NCBI GenBank assembly: GCA_032128375.1
Contig: JAQBGU010000188.1
Coordinates: forward strand, 16,996-80,995
Direction: 5' to 3'
DNA from: Deltaproteobacteria bacterium
GTDB lineage: Bacteria; Myxococcota_A; UBA9160; SMWR01
DNA length: 64,000 bases
The notes below the pieces were generated by a model. It was given only the letters and a program-made list of their open reading frames with translations. It did no database searches and was not told the DNA's origin. Below are positions 18,996 to 29,547 of this stretch, in pieces (positions within the stretch are counted from its first letter, which is position 1; each line of letters begins with the position of its first letter). Both the position numbers and the translations under genes were made by a program.

Positions 18996-20465
18996 ATGCT
19001 CTTCAATTCGACTGAGTTCCTCTTCGCGTTTCTGCCGATCGTTCTCGTCGTCTTCATGTTGCTCGGGAAGTACTCCTCTGCCCGGGCCACGATCGCTTGG
19101 TTGCTCGGTGCGTCGCTGTTTTTCTACGGTTGGTGGAATCCCGCGTATCTGGTGCTGATCGGGGCATCGATCGGGTTCAACTATTCGATCGCACGGCTCT
19201 TGGAGCAGCGCCCGCGGCGCGGACTGTTGCTGTTGGGCGTGGGCGTCGACCTGCTGTCGATCGGCTACTTCAAATACGCAGGTTTCCTGGTCGACAACCT
19301 GAGTGCGCTGGCGGGTACGAACTGGGACATCGGGTACATCCTGTTACCGCTGGGTATCTCGTTCTTCACGTTTCAGCAGATCACCTATCTCGTCGACGTT
19401 TCCCGCGGCGACACTCCCGAACGCGACTTCTTGCGCTACGCGTTATTCGTCACCTTTTTCCCGCAACTGATCGCTGGTCCGATCGTGCACCACGGCGACA
19501 TGCTGCCACAGTTTCGGCGATTCACGGAGCGCGTCGATTCGACACGCTGGCTTGCAATTGGCATGACGGTGTTCATCGTCGGCTTGTTCAAGAAGGTCGT
19601 CATCGCTGACGGAGTGGCGATCTGGGCCACGCCGGTGTTCGCGGCCGCTGACGAGGGGTTGACGCTGGGAGCGCTCGAGGCCTGGTGCGGCACTTTCGCC
19701 TACACGTTCCAGCTGTACTTTGATTTCTCCGGCTATTCCGACATGGCCATCGGGCTTGGCTTGTTATTCGGCATCCGACTTCCGATCAACTTCAACTCGC
19801 CGTATCGGGCCCACAGCATGATCGAATTTTGGCGCTGTTGGCACATGACATTGTCCCGCTTCCTTCGCGATTACGTCTATTTCCCGCTGGGCGGCAATCG
19901 CCACGGTTCCGGCCGCCGCTACGTGAACCTGATGCTCACTATGCTGATCGGAGGCCTTTGGCACGGGGCCGGGTGGAACTTCGTGCTGTGGGGCGGACTG
20001 CACGGCTTGTATCTGGTGGCGAATCACCTGTGGCGCGCGGCGCGCCCAAGCGCGATCGAGACCTACAAGAACCCGCTGACACGGTTCGCCTGCTGGGCAT
20101 TCACGCTCGCGGCTGTTGCAATCGCGTGGGTGCCGTTTCGATCCGAGACCGCTGCCGGATCGACCGCGATCCTTCACGCGCTGACCGGCGCGACGGGACT
20201 CAGCATGAACGATCCCGATCTGTTCTTCGGGGCTCAAGAGATCGTAACGCTGCTCGGACTCGCGCTCGTCGTACGCGTACTCCCTAACGTGTACGAGATC
20301 ATGCGCGAGCACGCACCCGAAATCCCGGCGGCCGGTGGGACGACGCGCGGCTGGCGATTGCGTTGGCAGGCGCGGCCCGCCTGGGCGGTGACGATAGGAA
20401 TCATCGCAGGGCTGTCGCTGATCAGTCTTCACCGTGTTAGCGAGTTCCTCTACTTTCAGTTTTAG
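18996..20465 (+). CDS. MBOAT-family membrane O-acyltransferase (AlgI/DltB-like), second copy
   Basis: 'MLFNSTEFLFAFLPIVL', 'FWRCWHMTLSRFLRDYVYFPLGGNR' and 'GGLWHGAGWNFVLWG' blocks. 489 aa. Confidence 0.9.
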   Translation: MLFNSTEFLFAFLPIVLVVFMLLGKYSSARATIAWLLGASLFFYGWWNPAYLVLIGASIGFNYSIARLLEQRPRRGLLLLGVGVDLLSIGYFKYAGFLVDNLSALAGTNWDIGYILLPLGISFFTFQQITYLVDVSRGDTPERDFLRYALFVTFFPQLIAGPIVHHGDMLPQFRRFTERVDSTRWLAIGMTVFIVGLFKKVVIADGVAIWATPVFAAADEGLTLGALEAWCGTFAYTFQLYFDFSGYSDMAIGLGLLFGIRLPINFNSPYRAHSMIEFWRCWHMTLSRFLRDYVYFPLGGNRHGSGRRYVNLMLTMLIGGLWHGAGWNFVLWGGLHGLYLVANHLWRAARPSAIETYKNPLTRFACWAFTLAAVAIAWVPFRSETAAGSTAILHALTGATGLSMNDPDLFFGAQEIVTLLGLALVVRVLPNVYEIMREHAPEIPAAGGTTRGWRLRWQARPAWAVTIGIIAGLSLISLHRVSEFLYFQF

Positions 20466-20512
20466 GTTCTCTTGGGTATCCGAGTGAAGGTTCCATCGAA
20501 GTCGAGTTCCTT

Positions 20513-21583
20513 GTGGGGATCGGATTGACCAACCGCGACACACGCTATCTGCTGCTCACCGGGATGACTGCCGGCGCGCTCGTTGCTGTGACGATGAGCA
20601 TCAACATGCTCGTCGATCCGCTCTGGATGCTCGATGGTAATCAACTCGGTCTCAATTTCATGACGCGGGAACGTCTCGCCAAGGCCAATCTGTTCATGAG
20701 CCGCTCTGACGCGGTAGACTGCCTGATTCTGGGCAGCTCACGCGTGACGTTGCTGGACGCCGGGCGCATCGAAAGGCAGCACTGTTTCAACTTCGCGTTC
20801 TCCGGCGGATCAATGGAAGCCTACGTCGACTATGCGCGCTGGGTCGCACATTTTGGCGGCCCCATCGATCGGGTCATCGTCGGTGTCGACGGTTACAATC
20901 TCGGACCCGATTCTCACGGGCCTGAGACGTACCACTTCATCCTCGCTCTCGAAGAGCCACCATCGATGCTCGAGGAGTATGCGAACCTGAGCATTCTGCG
21001 TGCATCAGTACGCTCTGCGTTTGGCTACACAAAGTACCGTCGAGCGTACGACGCGGAATTCCGTGGGATCGTCTTGGACGATGCACCCGTCTACGAACCA
21101 CCGGAAAATATCGGCAAGAAGGATGCCCGCATGCCCCGCGAGATGCTCCGACATCTCGGACCCTTTTCCAATGAGGCCACACCTCGGCTCGAGCGACTGC
21201 GTTCAGTGTTTCCGGACTCTCGATACGTTGGCTACGCGCCGCCACTCCACCCGTCGTGGTTTGCACAGATGCGCGCGCAGGGAACTCTCGATGACTATAT
21301 CGACGCGATCTACGCGGCGTCGCGGGTGTTCGACGCGTTCTACGACTTCGGTATTCCGCACGAGCTCAACGCCAACCCGGCCAACACCTACGACGGATCC
21401 CACTACCACGAGCAGGTCAACGATCGAATCGCTCAGGTTCTGAACGGCGCCGACATCGGTTACGGCCTCGAAATCAAGGGACTCGAACGCGACGAGTACC
21501 GCGAGCTATTTCACAAAGCGCTCGACGCATACAGCGCCAATCGAGGTATCGGGAGGAATCGGGAAAATCCGGCCGGAGAGTAG
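20513..21583 (+). CDS. DltD/SGNH-like putative acyltransferase partner of the second MBOAT
   Basis: N-terminal TM helix, a 'CLILGSSRV' Ser block and a late 'YDGSHYH' D-x-x-H block. It lies directly downstream of the MBOAT gene. GTG start. Confidence 0.5.
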   Translation: MGIGLTNRDTRYLLLTGMTAGALVAVTMSINMLVDPLWMLDGNQLGLNFMTRERLAKANLFMSRSDAVDCLILGSSRVTLLDAGRIERQHCFNFAFSGGSMEAYVDYARWVAHFGGPIDRVIVGVDGYNLGPDSHGPETYHFILALEEPPSMLEEYANLSILRASVRSAFGYTKYRRAYDAEFRGIVLDDAPVYEPPENIGKKDARMPREMLRHLGPFSNEATPRLERLRSVFPDSRYVGYAPPLHPSWFAQMRAQGTLDDYIDAIYAASRVFDAFYDFGIPHELNANPANTYDGSHYHEQVNDRIAQVLNGADIGYGLEIKGLERDEYRELFHKALDAYSANRGIGRNRENPAGE

Positions 21584-21644
21584 CCGAAGGCTGGCATCCT
21601 CGAACAAGCTTGCCTGCAGGAGTTCCACTTCGTAGCTTCTCTCC

Positions 21645-22829
21645 ATGCGAACTCTCATCGTAGGAGGAGAATACATAGAGATCGGTTCCGACATCTATGT
21701 ACCCGAGCGATGCTGGCGCATGGTTCGGATCTTCTCCGACTGTTTCGCACAGCCTGTCTTCGCGCGCCGGAAGATCGAGTCGACCGACCGGGCGCTCTTT
21801 TCCGCCCGACTTCCGTCCGACGCGGTACTCGATCCCCTCACACCACTGATCCATCGAAGGCCCTGGCAGCTCGCGCTTCCGGATCGCGATTGGAACCGGT
21901 CCTGGTACGAGCGAATGATCTCAGAGGTCGATGCGGTTTATTGCCGGTTCCCGAGCTGGGAAGGCATGCGCCTGTACGAGATCGCGCGCGAGCAAAACAA
22001 GATCGTACTCGCTTCCATTCACGGCGACTGGCCAGGCGTCTACCGACACCTGGCGCGCGGCGTATCGTTCCCGCGCAATTGGCTCTTCGCTCGGCTGAGT
22101 CGGGTAAGTCACATATCGATGCTGCGTGTGGCCGAGACCTCGCGCGTGCTTTTTTGCGTCGGTCAGCTGCTCTATGACCAATACGGCATCGCGGCACCCG
22201 CGGCAGTCAACTTCGCCAACTACCTGCATCGAGCAAGCGATTTGCGCCAACGCGACGATACCTGTCGCACCCCGCCCTACCGGATCCTGTTCGTCGGCCA
22301 ACTCGAGAGCCGAAAGGGCGTCGAGTATCTGATCCGTGCGGCCGCCCGTGTGCGCGATTCGGGAATCGACATCGAGGTTTCGCTGGTAGGATCGGGAGAA
22401 GAGCAACCCGGACTCTCTCGGCTGGCCGACAGTGTCGGACTGGGTGACGCCATTCGATTTCATGGTTATGTGCCGTTCGGCCGCAAACTGCTCGACCTCT
22501 ACGGTGAATCCGACCTCTTCGTCCTTCCGGCCGTCGCGGGCGAAGGTCTCCCTAAGGTGCTCGTGGAGGCCATGAGCCAGGGCGTGCCGGTGATCGCGAC
22601 CAACGTAGGTTCGAGCCGTTACGCAATCGAACAGTCCGGAGCTGGACTACTCGTTGAACCGCGCGACGAAGTCGGCCTCGCCGAAGCCATACGGAAACTG
22701 ATCTCCGAAACCCCATTGCGACGCGAGCTGATTCGGGCCGGCCTCGACTACGCCGCGCGCATGACGCTGGGCCACCAGCAACGAGTCGTGTCTGACGCGT
22801 TGGCTGAGTACGTGCCAGAGCTTCTCTAA
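21645..22829 (+). CDS. Glycosyltransferase, GT4
   Basis: 'ILFVGQLESRKGV...LVGSGEE...PAVAGEGLPKVLVEAMSQGVPVIATNVGSSRYAIE' motif set. Confidence 0.85.
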   Translation: MRTLIVGGEYIEIGSDIYVPERCWRMVRIFSDCFAQPVFARRKIESTDRALFSARLPSDAVLDPLTPLIHRRPWQLALPDRDWNRSWYERMISEVDAVYCRFPSWEGMRLYEIAREQNKIVLASIHGDWPGVYRHLARGVSFPRNWLFARLSRVSHISMLRVAETSRVLFCVGQLLYDQYGIAAPAAVNFANYLHRASDLRQRDDTCRTPPYRILFVGQLESRKGVEYLIRAAARVRDSGIDIEVSLVGSGEEQPGLSRLADSVGLGDAIRFHGYVPFGRKLLDLYGESDLFVLPAVAGEGLPKVLVEAMSQGVPVIATNVGSSRYAIEQSGAGLLVEPRDEVGLAEAIRKLISETPLRRELIRAGLDYAARMTLGHQQRVVSDALAEYVPELL

Positions 22830-22926
22830 CTGGCTGCGGAGATCCGAACAGCCGCCCGCGAGGAGTCTGCGCGGTGGAACGCCAGCTCTGGCGTGCAGGC
22901 GACGACGGTGAAGAATTCGATGAAGC

Positions 22927-24369
22927 CTAGCGCCCGTCGATCGACCTGATCCCCGAAGGCGGCAGGTGACGGGACATATCGAAACCTCGTTTCATCACGA
23001 GGTTCACAGCCACGTGGGCGTACACCAGCAACTCGCGCCAGCGCGGCAGCCAGGCCCGGATCGAACGCAGGGTCACGAGGCGTCGCAACGGCAGCATCTC
23101 GTATTCGTAGAAATTGAAGAACAGGTTCAACACAGTCAGCAAAGGCTTTTTCTCGGACGTCACCCGATATCGAACGCGCTTGCTGATCGCTAGATGGGTA
23201 AACAGATCTTTCGCCATGCAATGCCGCATGATGGCCACAGCCGTGTGGATCTGAATCGGATGGTCGCGATCTGCGTACGAGTCGAGTTCGCGAACCGTCT
23301 TCTGGAAAAAGTCCACTTCGAAAAGAAACTTCCGCTCGCCGGCCGCCAATACATAGAGCACGGGGTTGGACCGATACATGCGACGCACGAACCAGGGCAT
23401 CGCGCGAAATAGCCCCGAAAAATACCGCTCGAGCGGCTTGAGCGTCATCGTTGCGCGTGCTTCGCGCTCATAGGTCTGCTCGAGCTTTTCCTTTTTCTGT
23501 TCCGCGTAGCTTTCCAGGTGGGCCTGACGGTTCGAGAAGAAATCATGGTCCTGCAGCCCGAAACCATCATCGCTAGTCCACGTGTCTCCAGCCACCATGG
23601 GATAGACCCGGGGTGTGGCGATGCCGTGATCCTCGAAATACTCCTTGACCATCAATGGTGTTGTCGCTTTGTCGTTGAAATGGAAGACTTCCCGGTGCAG
23701 GTAGCAATGATTGCTCGCGAATGGAATCGCGCATTCGGCACCGACCGCATGCACGAAAAGCGTAAAGTCGCGCACGTAGCTTCCCGGATCGTCGACCGGT
23801 GCGGCCGGGTCGTCCATGATTTCGTAGCACAGCCGCGAGTTCGCCGAACTGTGGCTGCGGAACACGAAATCGATCTTGGGATGGCGCTTCAAGAGCTGGT
23901 CGAGCGCCGCACCCATGATCTTGCAATCATTTGCATTCAGAAGAGTGCGGTCCTCGGTCTCGATCACCAGTGCGCTGTCGAGAAAGATATGAAAGTGGTA
24001 GCTCGTGATCTTGAAATTGTCTGAAAGCTGAAATGAATCACCGTGACCCAGTTCCACGATGTTGGTGAACCCCATATTGCGCAGATCCTCGAGCATCCGA
24101 GGACCCGGAGCGCGCGGTATGATGATCCGCGTGTCCCGTGAGAACCTCCGCAGCGATACGCCCTGAAAATGGTCCCAGTGGATGTGGGTCAGATAGATGG
24201 CATCGGGCGCCAGACGCGAGAACAACCCCGGTCGCACCGGCGGGTAGTTCCACCACGAGCGCCAATACGTACTGCCCGCGAGCCACGGGTCGCAAACCAA
24301 AGTGGTATCAGCCTGGGTGACAGACAGACCAGCGTGCGACAGGATTTCAAATCTCATTCCGATTCGCAC
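22927..24369 (-). CDS. MBL-fold metallo-hydrolase-like protein with an uncharacterised C-terminal extension
   Basis: 'DAIYLTHIHWDHF' HxHxDH metal motif in the N-terminal ~230 aa. I could not assign the C-terminal ~200 aa. 480 aa; an alternative start is the ATG at 24357 (MRFEIL...). Confidence 0.75.
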   Translation of the reverse strand: MRIGMRFEILSHAGLSVTQADTTLVCDPWLAGSTYWRSWWNYPPVRPGLFSRLAPDAIYLTHIHWDHFQGVSLRRFSRDTRIIIPRAPGPRMLEDLRNMGFTNIVELGHGDSFQLSDNFKITSYHFHIFLDSALVIETEDRTLLNANDCKIMGAALDQLLKRHPKIDFVFRSHSSANSRLCYEIMDDPAAPVDDPGSYVRDFTLFVHAVGAECAIPFASNHCYLHREVFHFNDKATTPLMVKEYFEDHGIATPRVYPMVAGDTWTSDDGFGLQDHDFFSNRQAHLESYAEQKKEKLEQTYEREARATMTLKPLERYFSGLFRAMPWFVRRMYRSNPVLYVLAAGERKFLFEVDFFQKTVRELDSYADRDHPIQIHTAVAIMRHCMAKDLFTHLAISKRVRYRVTSEKKPLLTVLNLFFNFYEYEMLPLRRLVTLRSIRAWLPRWRELLVYAHVAVNLVMKRGFDMSRHLPPSGIRSIDGR

Positions 24370-24588
24370 TCACTCCGCGGCCCGCTCAGGCGAAACTGAC
24401 GACCGCGCATCCAAACGTGGAAACTGCTACCTCAGCACCTCGGGACGCATCGAGACGTTTCTAGCGAGACTCGAGTGTAACGGATCGCCGACGTCGGGTG
24501 GTCGCATGCACGAACAGCATTTCCCGGGCGAACCCAGAGCGATCGGCCTATCCTCGCGACTTTTCGGCCACCCGAGTGCGAACCGAGC

Positions 24589-26397
24589 ATGCGACAGATT
24601 GGACGACTCCTACGGACGCTGGCCCACATCGCCCCATCGCAGATCTGGCACCGCGTGCGAATCATCGCCCAGACCGCGATCTGGGAGCAGATGGGCCCGC
24701 GAATCGACGCCCGTTATCGCGCGCGCGCAGCGCTGTTGGAATCACCGCGCCTGGATCACCCGGGCCTCGCGGCCGTGGGCGCGCTGCGTTGTGGACGAAT
24801 CGAACCAGAGCTTTCGCTGGCCACCGCCCGCGATGCGATGGTCGGACGATTCACCTTCTGCGGAAAAACGCGGGAACTCGGTAGAGGAGACGAAATCGAC
24901 TGGCACCGCTCCGAACTTCATGAAGGTACGCGGCTGTGGAAGACCCTGCTCCACGAATTTTCGTATGCGGTCGACCTGGCGAACGCGGCGCGAGCGACCG
25001 GCGATCGTGCGTTTGCCGATCGTCTGGCCGGGCTCGCGGCGGACTGGTCTCGCAGCTCACCGATCGGTCACAAGGGATTCGCGATCGACGTCTGGGACGC
25101 CCGCGCCGTAGCCACCCGCCTGATCAACTGGTCGACTGCCGCTGGCATTCTGGAGGTCGGCGTCGGTGATTCATTCTATGACCAACTCAACGCTGAACTG
25201 GGAGTCCACGCAATCTTTCTCGAAGAGAATCTGGAACTCGACCTTCGCGGAAACCACTTGCTGCGTGACTACGTCGGATTGGTGTTTTGCCACGAGCTGC
25301 TGGGGACCTTTCCGCGTGCGCTCGATCTGCTGCACTCGGAGCTGACAGATCAAATTCTCGAAGACGGTTGCCACTTCGAACGTTCTCCGATGTATCACTC
25401 GATCGTGCTGCAGGACCTGGTGGAGTGTCGCGCCCTGCTGGGGGACAGCGCTCCGGACTGGTTGAAAGAGACAATCGCCCGAATGGCAGGATTCCTGGCA
25501 TACGTGTTACCCGACGATGGCCAGTTTCCATTGCTGGGCGACACCTGGTTCGGAGAAGTCGACCCGAGCCGGCTCCTCGAAGAAGCGGGCAAGGCTACGA
25601 TCGCTCCGAAGCGGGGTGTGCCCGAACGCGCCAGCGGAGTCATCGCGCTGGAACGTGGGGCAACGCGTGCGCTACTGCTCGCAGGACCCCACGGACCGAA
25701 CTACCAGATGGGACACAGCCACGCCGACGGGCTGTCGTTCGAGCTGTATCGAGGCTCGCAGCGCGTCGTGACGGATACCGGAACCGGCACCTACGACCCG
25801 GGTCCCAGGCGGACTCGAGTGCGATCGACTGCAGCCCACAACACCGTGCAAATCGACGGTGAAGAGCAGTTGGAGGTCTGGGGGAGCTTCCGGGCTGGCC
25901 GCAGAGGTCGCGGACGAATACAGTCGCGAGGATCCGACGACACCTGGGACTGGGTCGTCGCTAGCCACGATGGATACCGCTGGCTGCCCGGGAAGCCGTT
26001 GCACCATCGGCTGCTGGCTGTGTCTGAAGCGGCAGCGATCGCGGTCGATTGGGTCAGCGGTCGAGGGACACATCAGATCAGGAGTGCACTTCATTTGCAT
26101 CCAGATGAGGCCTTCGGCGCGATCGAGATCGCACCGATTAGCGGGACGCCAGGACAACTTGCGGTCGACCTTCACGAGAGATTCAACGAGAGTCGCCAAA
26201 TGACCGAACTATTCGTGGAAGCCGCAGCCAGGCTCCCTTGGTTTGGAGGCTGGGCGGTCGTTTTCAACGCAGGTGACTTGGACATGAATGCACGGTTCGA
26301 GGCAGGTCATGTGCAGGTCTCGTGCAACACAGCGGCTGGCCGCACCATCTTGAGGTGGAACCTCGAAGCGGGACAGGTAGAATTCTCGCTGCATTGA
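24589..26397 (+). CDS. Heparinase II/III-like family protein (polysaccharide lyase/epimerase-like fold), no signal peptide seen
   Basis: The family-typical N-terminus 'LLRTLAHIAPSQIWHRV' and the C-terminal block 'MGHSHADGLSFELY..G....TDTGTGTY' are characteristic of the Hepar_II_III family. 602 aa. Confidence 0.8.
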   Translation: MRQIGRLLRTLAHIAPSQIWHRVRIIAQTAIWEQMGPRIDARYRARAALLESPRLDHPGLAAVGALRCGRIEPELSLATARDAMVGRFTFCGKTRELGRGDEIDWHRSELHEGTRLWKTLLHEFSYAVDLANAARATGDRAFADRLAGLAADWSRSSPIGHKGFAIDVWDARAVATRLINWSTAAGILEVGVGDSFYDQLNAELGVHAIFLEENLELDLRGNHLLRDYVGLVFCHELLGTFPRALDLLHSELTDQILEDGCHFERSPMYHSIVLQDLVECRALLGDSAPDWLKETIARMAGFLAYVLPDDGQFPLLGDTWFGEVDPSRLLEEAGKATIAPKRGVPERASGVIALERGATRALLLAGPHGPNYQMGHSHADGLSFELYRGSQRVVTDTGTGTYDPGPRRTRVRSTAAHNTVQIDGEEQLEVWGSFRAGRRGRGRIQSRGSDDTWDWVVASHDGYRWLPGKPLHHRLLAVSEAAAIAVDWVSGRGTHQIRSALHLHPDEAFGAIEIAPISGTPGQLAVDLHERFNESRQMTELFVEAAARLPWFGGWAVVFNAGDLDMNARFEAGHVQVSCNTAAGRTILRWNLEAGQVEFSLH

Positions 26398-26496
26398 GCG
26401 AAGCCGGTTTCGCGCACGTTCGCGGCTAGCGATTTGTGCCAATGCCACTTCAAGTTGGCCGAAATTTGCCATCCAAAGACATCTCTGGGAACTTCC

Positions 26497-28236
26497 ATGT
26501 TGGTTGGGTATCACCGAAGCCATGAAGCCAGCGTCGTCGTGCTCGAAGCTGACGGTCGACCGCTGTTCGCGGCTTCCGAAGAGCGCTTCAGCCGGGTAAA
26601 GATGCAAGGCGGCTGGCCAAACCTGACCGCGGAACATGTCAGCGAGCACTTCGACCTGGAGGGCTGTGAGCTGGTCCACGGCGGCCTGCCTTTGTCACAG
26701 CGCTTCGGTCGAGAGGCGAAGCTGGCGGCCTACAACGCCGTCAATCGCAAGCTCCAGGACTTCCATCCCAAACGCTTTCGAAAACTCGCCGATGTCACGT
26801 TCGGCCGAACGCGGAACACCGAGGCAGGCGCCTTCCCGGGGCTGCCGCGCACCCATGTCGATCATCACACCTGTCACGCAGCGAGCGCCTACTACCCGTC
26901 CGGATTCGACGAAGCGGAGGTCGTGACTGTCGACGGTGTCGGGGACACATACAGTTCGCGATTCTTCCACGGAAAGGGCGGCCGAATTGCGCCTCGCGCG
27001 GAGTTTTTCCACACCGAGTTCCCGCTTGGCCATCACTACGAGTACATCACTGCGATGCTCGGCCATCACCCCCACCGCCACGCCGGCAAGATCACCGGTT
27101 TGAGTGCCAACGGCAAGCGAGACGATCGACTGCTGAAGGAACTCGACAATTGGTTATCCGAGGTGTGGAGTTCGAATCGGGGGCGCCCCTATTTTTTCAT
27201 GTTGCACTCGCAGCACGGCTCCACCGCCAACGACACCGCGTTCGAGCAGGCGCTCAAAGAGCTGCGCGACTTGCGCAAGACGCGATTCGGGAACTGGTCG
27301 GAAATGGACATGGCGTGGGCGATCCAGCACATCCTCGAGCGCGAAGTCACCCGGCTGATCCAGCGCGTGATACCGCGAATCGACGGTCAGCCTATCTGCC
27401 TGGCGGGTGGCGTATTTGCCAACGTGAAGCTGAACAAGCTGATCAAGGAGATGGGATTCGGCGAGATCTTCGTTCAGCCGGCGATGGGCGACGGCGGTCT
27501 GGCGTTCGGTGGGCCGCTCTTTGTGTTGGGCGATCGCGGCGAAATCAAGCCTTATAAACTCGAGAGTGTGTACCTTGGTCCCGAGTTCACAGAGGACGAG
27601 ATGCTCGCCGCGATCCGCGCGGAGGGCCTCGAAGCGGTTCGACACGACCCCGTCGAACCCCGGATCGCCGAGCTGCTCGCAGCAGGCCGCGTCGTCGCGC
27701 GCTTCAACGGCCGCATGGAATTCGGCCCCCGATCGCTGGGAAATCGATCGATCCTGTACCACTGCGCGGATGCGAGTGTGAACGACTGGCTCAACAAGCG
27801 GCTCGATCGGACGGAATTCATGCCGTTCGCACCGGCCACGATGGAAGAAGAGGCCCACAAGGGCTTCCAGGGCTTATCGGGCGCCGAGCACGCCGCAGAA
27901 TTCATGACCATCACTTTCGACTGCACCGACTCGTTCAAACGCGATTGCCCAGCCGCGGTCCATGTCGATGGAACTGCGAGGCCACAAATCGTGCGCGCGA
28001 AAACGAACCCCTCGTTTCATCGGGTACTCAGTGAGTATCGGGCACTGACGGGCGTCGGCACTGTGGTCAACACCTCATTCAACATGCACGAAGAGCCGAT
28101 CGTCTGCGATCCGGCTGACGCCGTTCGGAGCTTCGTCCGCGGACACCTCGACTACCTGGCAATCGGTCCCTATATCGTCGAAAACCCCGAGCTCGGTGAA
28201 GTTCTCGGTCGCGCGCCCGCCAGGACGAACTCGTGA
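26497..28236 (+). CDS. Carbamoyltransferase (NodU/CmcH family)
   Basis: 'MLVGYHRSHEASVVVLE.DGRPLFAASEERFSRVK' N-domain start, 'DHHTCHAASAY' and the C-domain 'VNTSFNMHEEPIV'. The ATG at 26497 is preferred over 26434. Confidence 0.88.
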   Translation: MLVGYHRSHEASVVVLEADGRPLFAASEERFSRVKMQGGWPNLTAEHVSEHFDLEGCELVHGGLPLSQRFGREAKLAAYNAVNRKLQDFHPKRFRKLADVTFGRTRNTEAGAFPGLPRTHVDHHTCHAASAYYPSGFDEAEVVTVDGVGDTYSSRFFHGKGGRIAPRAEFFHTEFPLGHHYEYITAMLGHHPHRHAGKITGLSANGKRDDRLLKELDNWLSEVWSSNRGRPYFFMLHSQHGSTANDTAFEQALKELRDLRKTRFGNWSEMDMAWAIQHILEREVTRLIQRVIPRIDGQPICLAGGVFANVKLNKLIKEMGFGEIFVQPAMGDGGLAFGGPLFVLGDRGEIKPYKLESVYLGPEFTEDEMLAAIRAEGLEAVRHDPVEPRIAELLAAGRVVARFNGRMEFGPRSLGNRSILYHCADASVNDWLNKRLDRTEFMPFAPATMEEEAHKGFQGLSGAEHAAEFMTITFDCTDSFKRDCPAAVHVDGTARPQIVRAKTNPSFHRVLSEYRALTGVGTVVNTSFNMHEEPIVCDPADAVRSFVRGHLDYLAIGPYIVENPELGEVLGRAPARTNS

Positions 28237-29495
28237 AGATCGCGGTATTCGGACTCGGCTATGTGGGATCCGTCACGGCCGCGGCGCTGGCGCGCGATGG
28301 ACATACAGTCGTCGGAGTAGATGTCGCGCAGGCCAAGATCGATACGATCATGGCTGGTCGATCGCCCGTACTCGAGCCCGGCGTCGATGAAATCATCGCT
28401 GCCGCAGTCACAGACGGCCGACTGCGAGCCACGGACGATCCGGCCTCCGCGCTCGCCGGTGCCGACCTCTCGCTGATCTGCGTCGGCACACCGAGCCTAC
28501 GCAACGGTTCGCTCGACCTCGGCTACGTCAAACAGGTGGCCGGCCAAATCGGATCCAAACTGAAGCTCGCGGCTGAAGGCCACCGCGTGGTCGTACGTAG
28601 CACCGTCCTGCCGGGCAGCGCGCGAAATGAGGTACTTCCGGAAATCGAGCGCTCCTCGGGTCGGCCTGCCGGCGATGGCTGGGATATCTGTGTGAATCCA
28701 GAGTTCTTGCGAGAGGGAGTTTCCCTGCTCGACTATGACAATCCGCCACGCATTCTGGTCGGAGAGCGCGAACCCGGAGGTGGGCAGCCCGTCGTCGACA
28801 TGTACGGAGCAGTCGCCGCACCCACGTTCTCGGTACCGCTGGAAGTGGCTGAAGCGGTCAAGTACACCGACAACGCATTTCACGCGCTCAAGGTAACGTT
28901 CGCCAACGAGGTCGGCCGCGTCTGGGCCGCACGCGGCGCGGACCCGAAGCAGGTGATGGAGATATTCGCGCAGGACACCAAACTGAATATCTCTCCACTA
29001 TACCTGCGCCCCGGTTTCGCATTTGGTGGAAGTTGTCTTCCCAAGGACCTGCGCGCCCTCACATTCGCGGCGCACAACGCCAGCATCCCCGTCCCGATGC
29101 TCGACGGCATGCTGCCTTCGAATGAAGTTACCGTGCTCCGAGCCGTCGAAGCGATATTGGCAACCGGGAGGCGGCGTGTTGCTCTGCTGGGCCTCGCTTT
29201 CAAGTCCGGCACCGACGATATGCGCGAGAGTCCGCTCCTCGAGTTGGCCAAGCGGCTGATCGGTGAAGGCCTCGAACTTGCGATCCACGACACGGCCGTT
29301 TCTATCGCGCGGCTGCACGGCTCGAATCGCGCATTCCTGGAAGACACGCTGCCGCATATCAATCGGCTATTGTGCGAAGACCTCGAAGAGGCGCTCGATG
29401 CTGCCGAAGTCGTCGTAGTCGGTCACGCAGGCTCGCTCTACGACCGCGATGCCGAGTGGAGCGAGCAGGGAAAAACGGTCATCCGTCTGACATGA
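28233..29495 (+). CDS. NDP-sugar 6-dehydrogenase (UDP-glucose / GDP-mannose dehydrogenase family)
   Basis: 'MKIAVFGLGYVGSVTAAALA..GH.VVGVDV...KID....GRSPVLEPG' and the catalytic 'FGGSCLPKDLRAL'. The GTG start overlaps the upstream TGA (GTGA, 28233-28236). Confidence 0.9.
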   Translation: MKIAVFGLGYVGSVTAAALARDGHTVVGVDVAQAKIDTIMAGRSPVLEPGVDEIIAAAVTDGRLRATDDPASALAGADLSLICVGTPSLRNGSLDLGYVKQVAGQIGSKLKLAAEGHRVVVRSTVLPGSARNEVLPEIERSSGRPAGDGWDICVNPEFLREGVSLLDYDNPPRILVGEREPGGGQPVVDMYGAVAAPTFSVPLEVAEAVKYTDNAFHALKVTFANEVGRVWAARGADPKQVMEIFAQDTKLNISPLYLRPGFAFGGSCLPKDLRALTFAAHNASIPVPMLDGMLPSNEVTVLRAVEAILATGRRRVALLGLAFKSGTDDMRESPLLELAKRLIGEGLELAIHDTAVSIARLHGSNRAFLEDTLPHINRLLCEDLEEALDAAEVVVVGHAGSLYDRDAEWSEQGKTVIRLT

Positions 29496-29547
29496 GCTTG
29501 GATGAAGCCCACATGTGGGTCGGTTCCCAGTTCACGATTCAGCCAAG

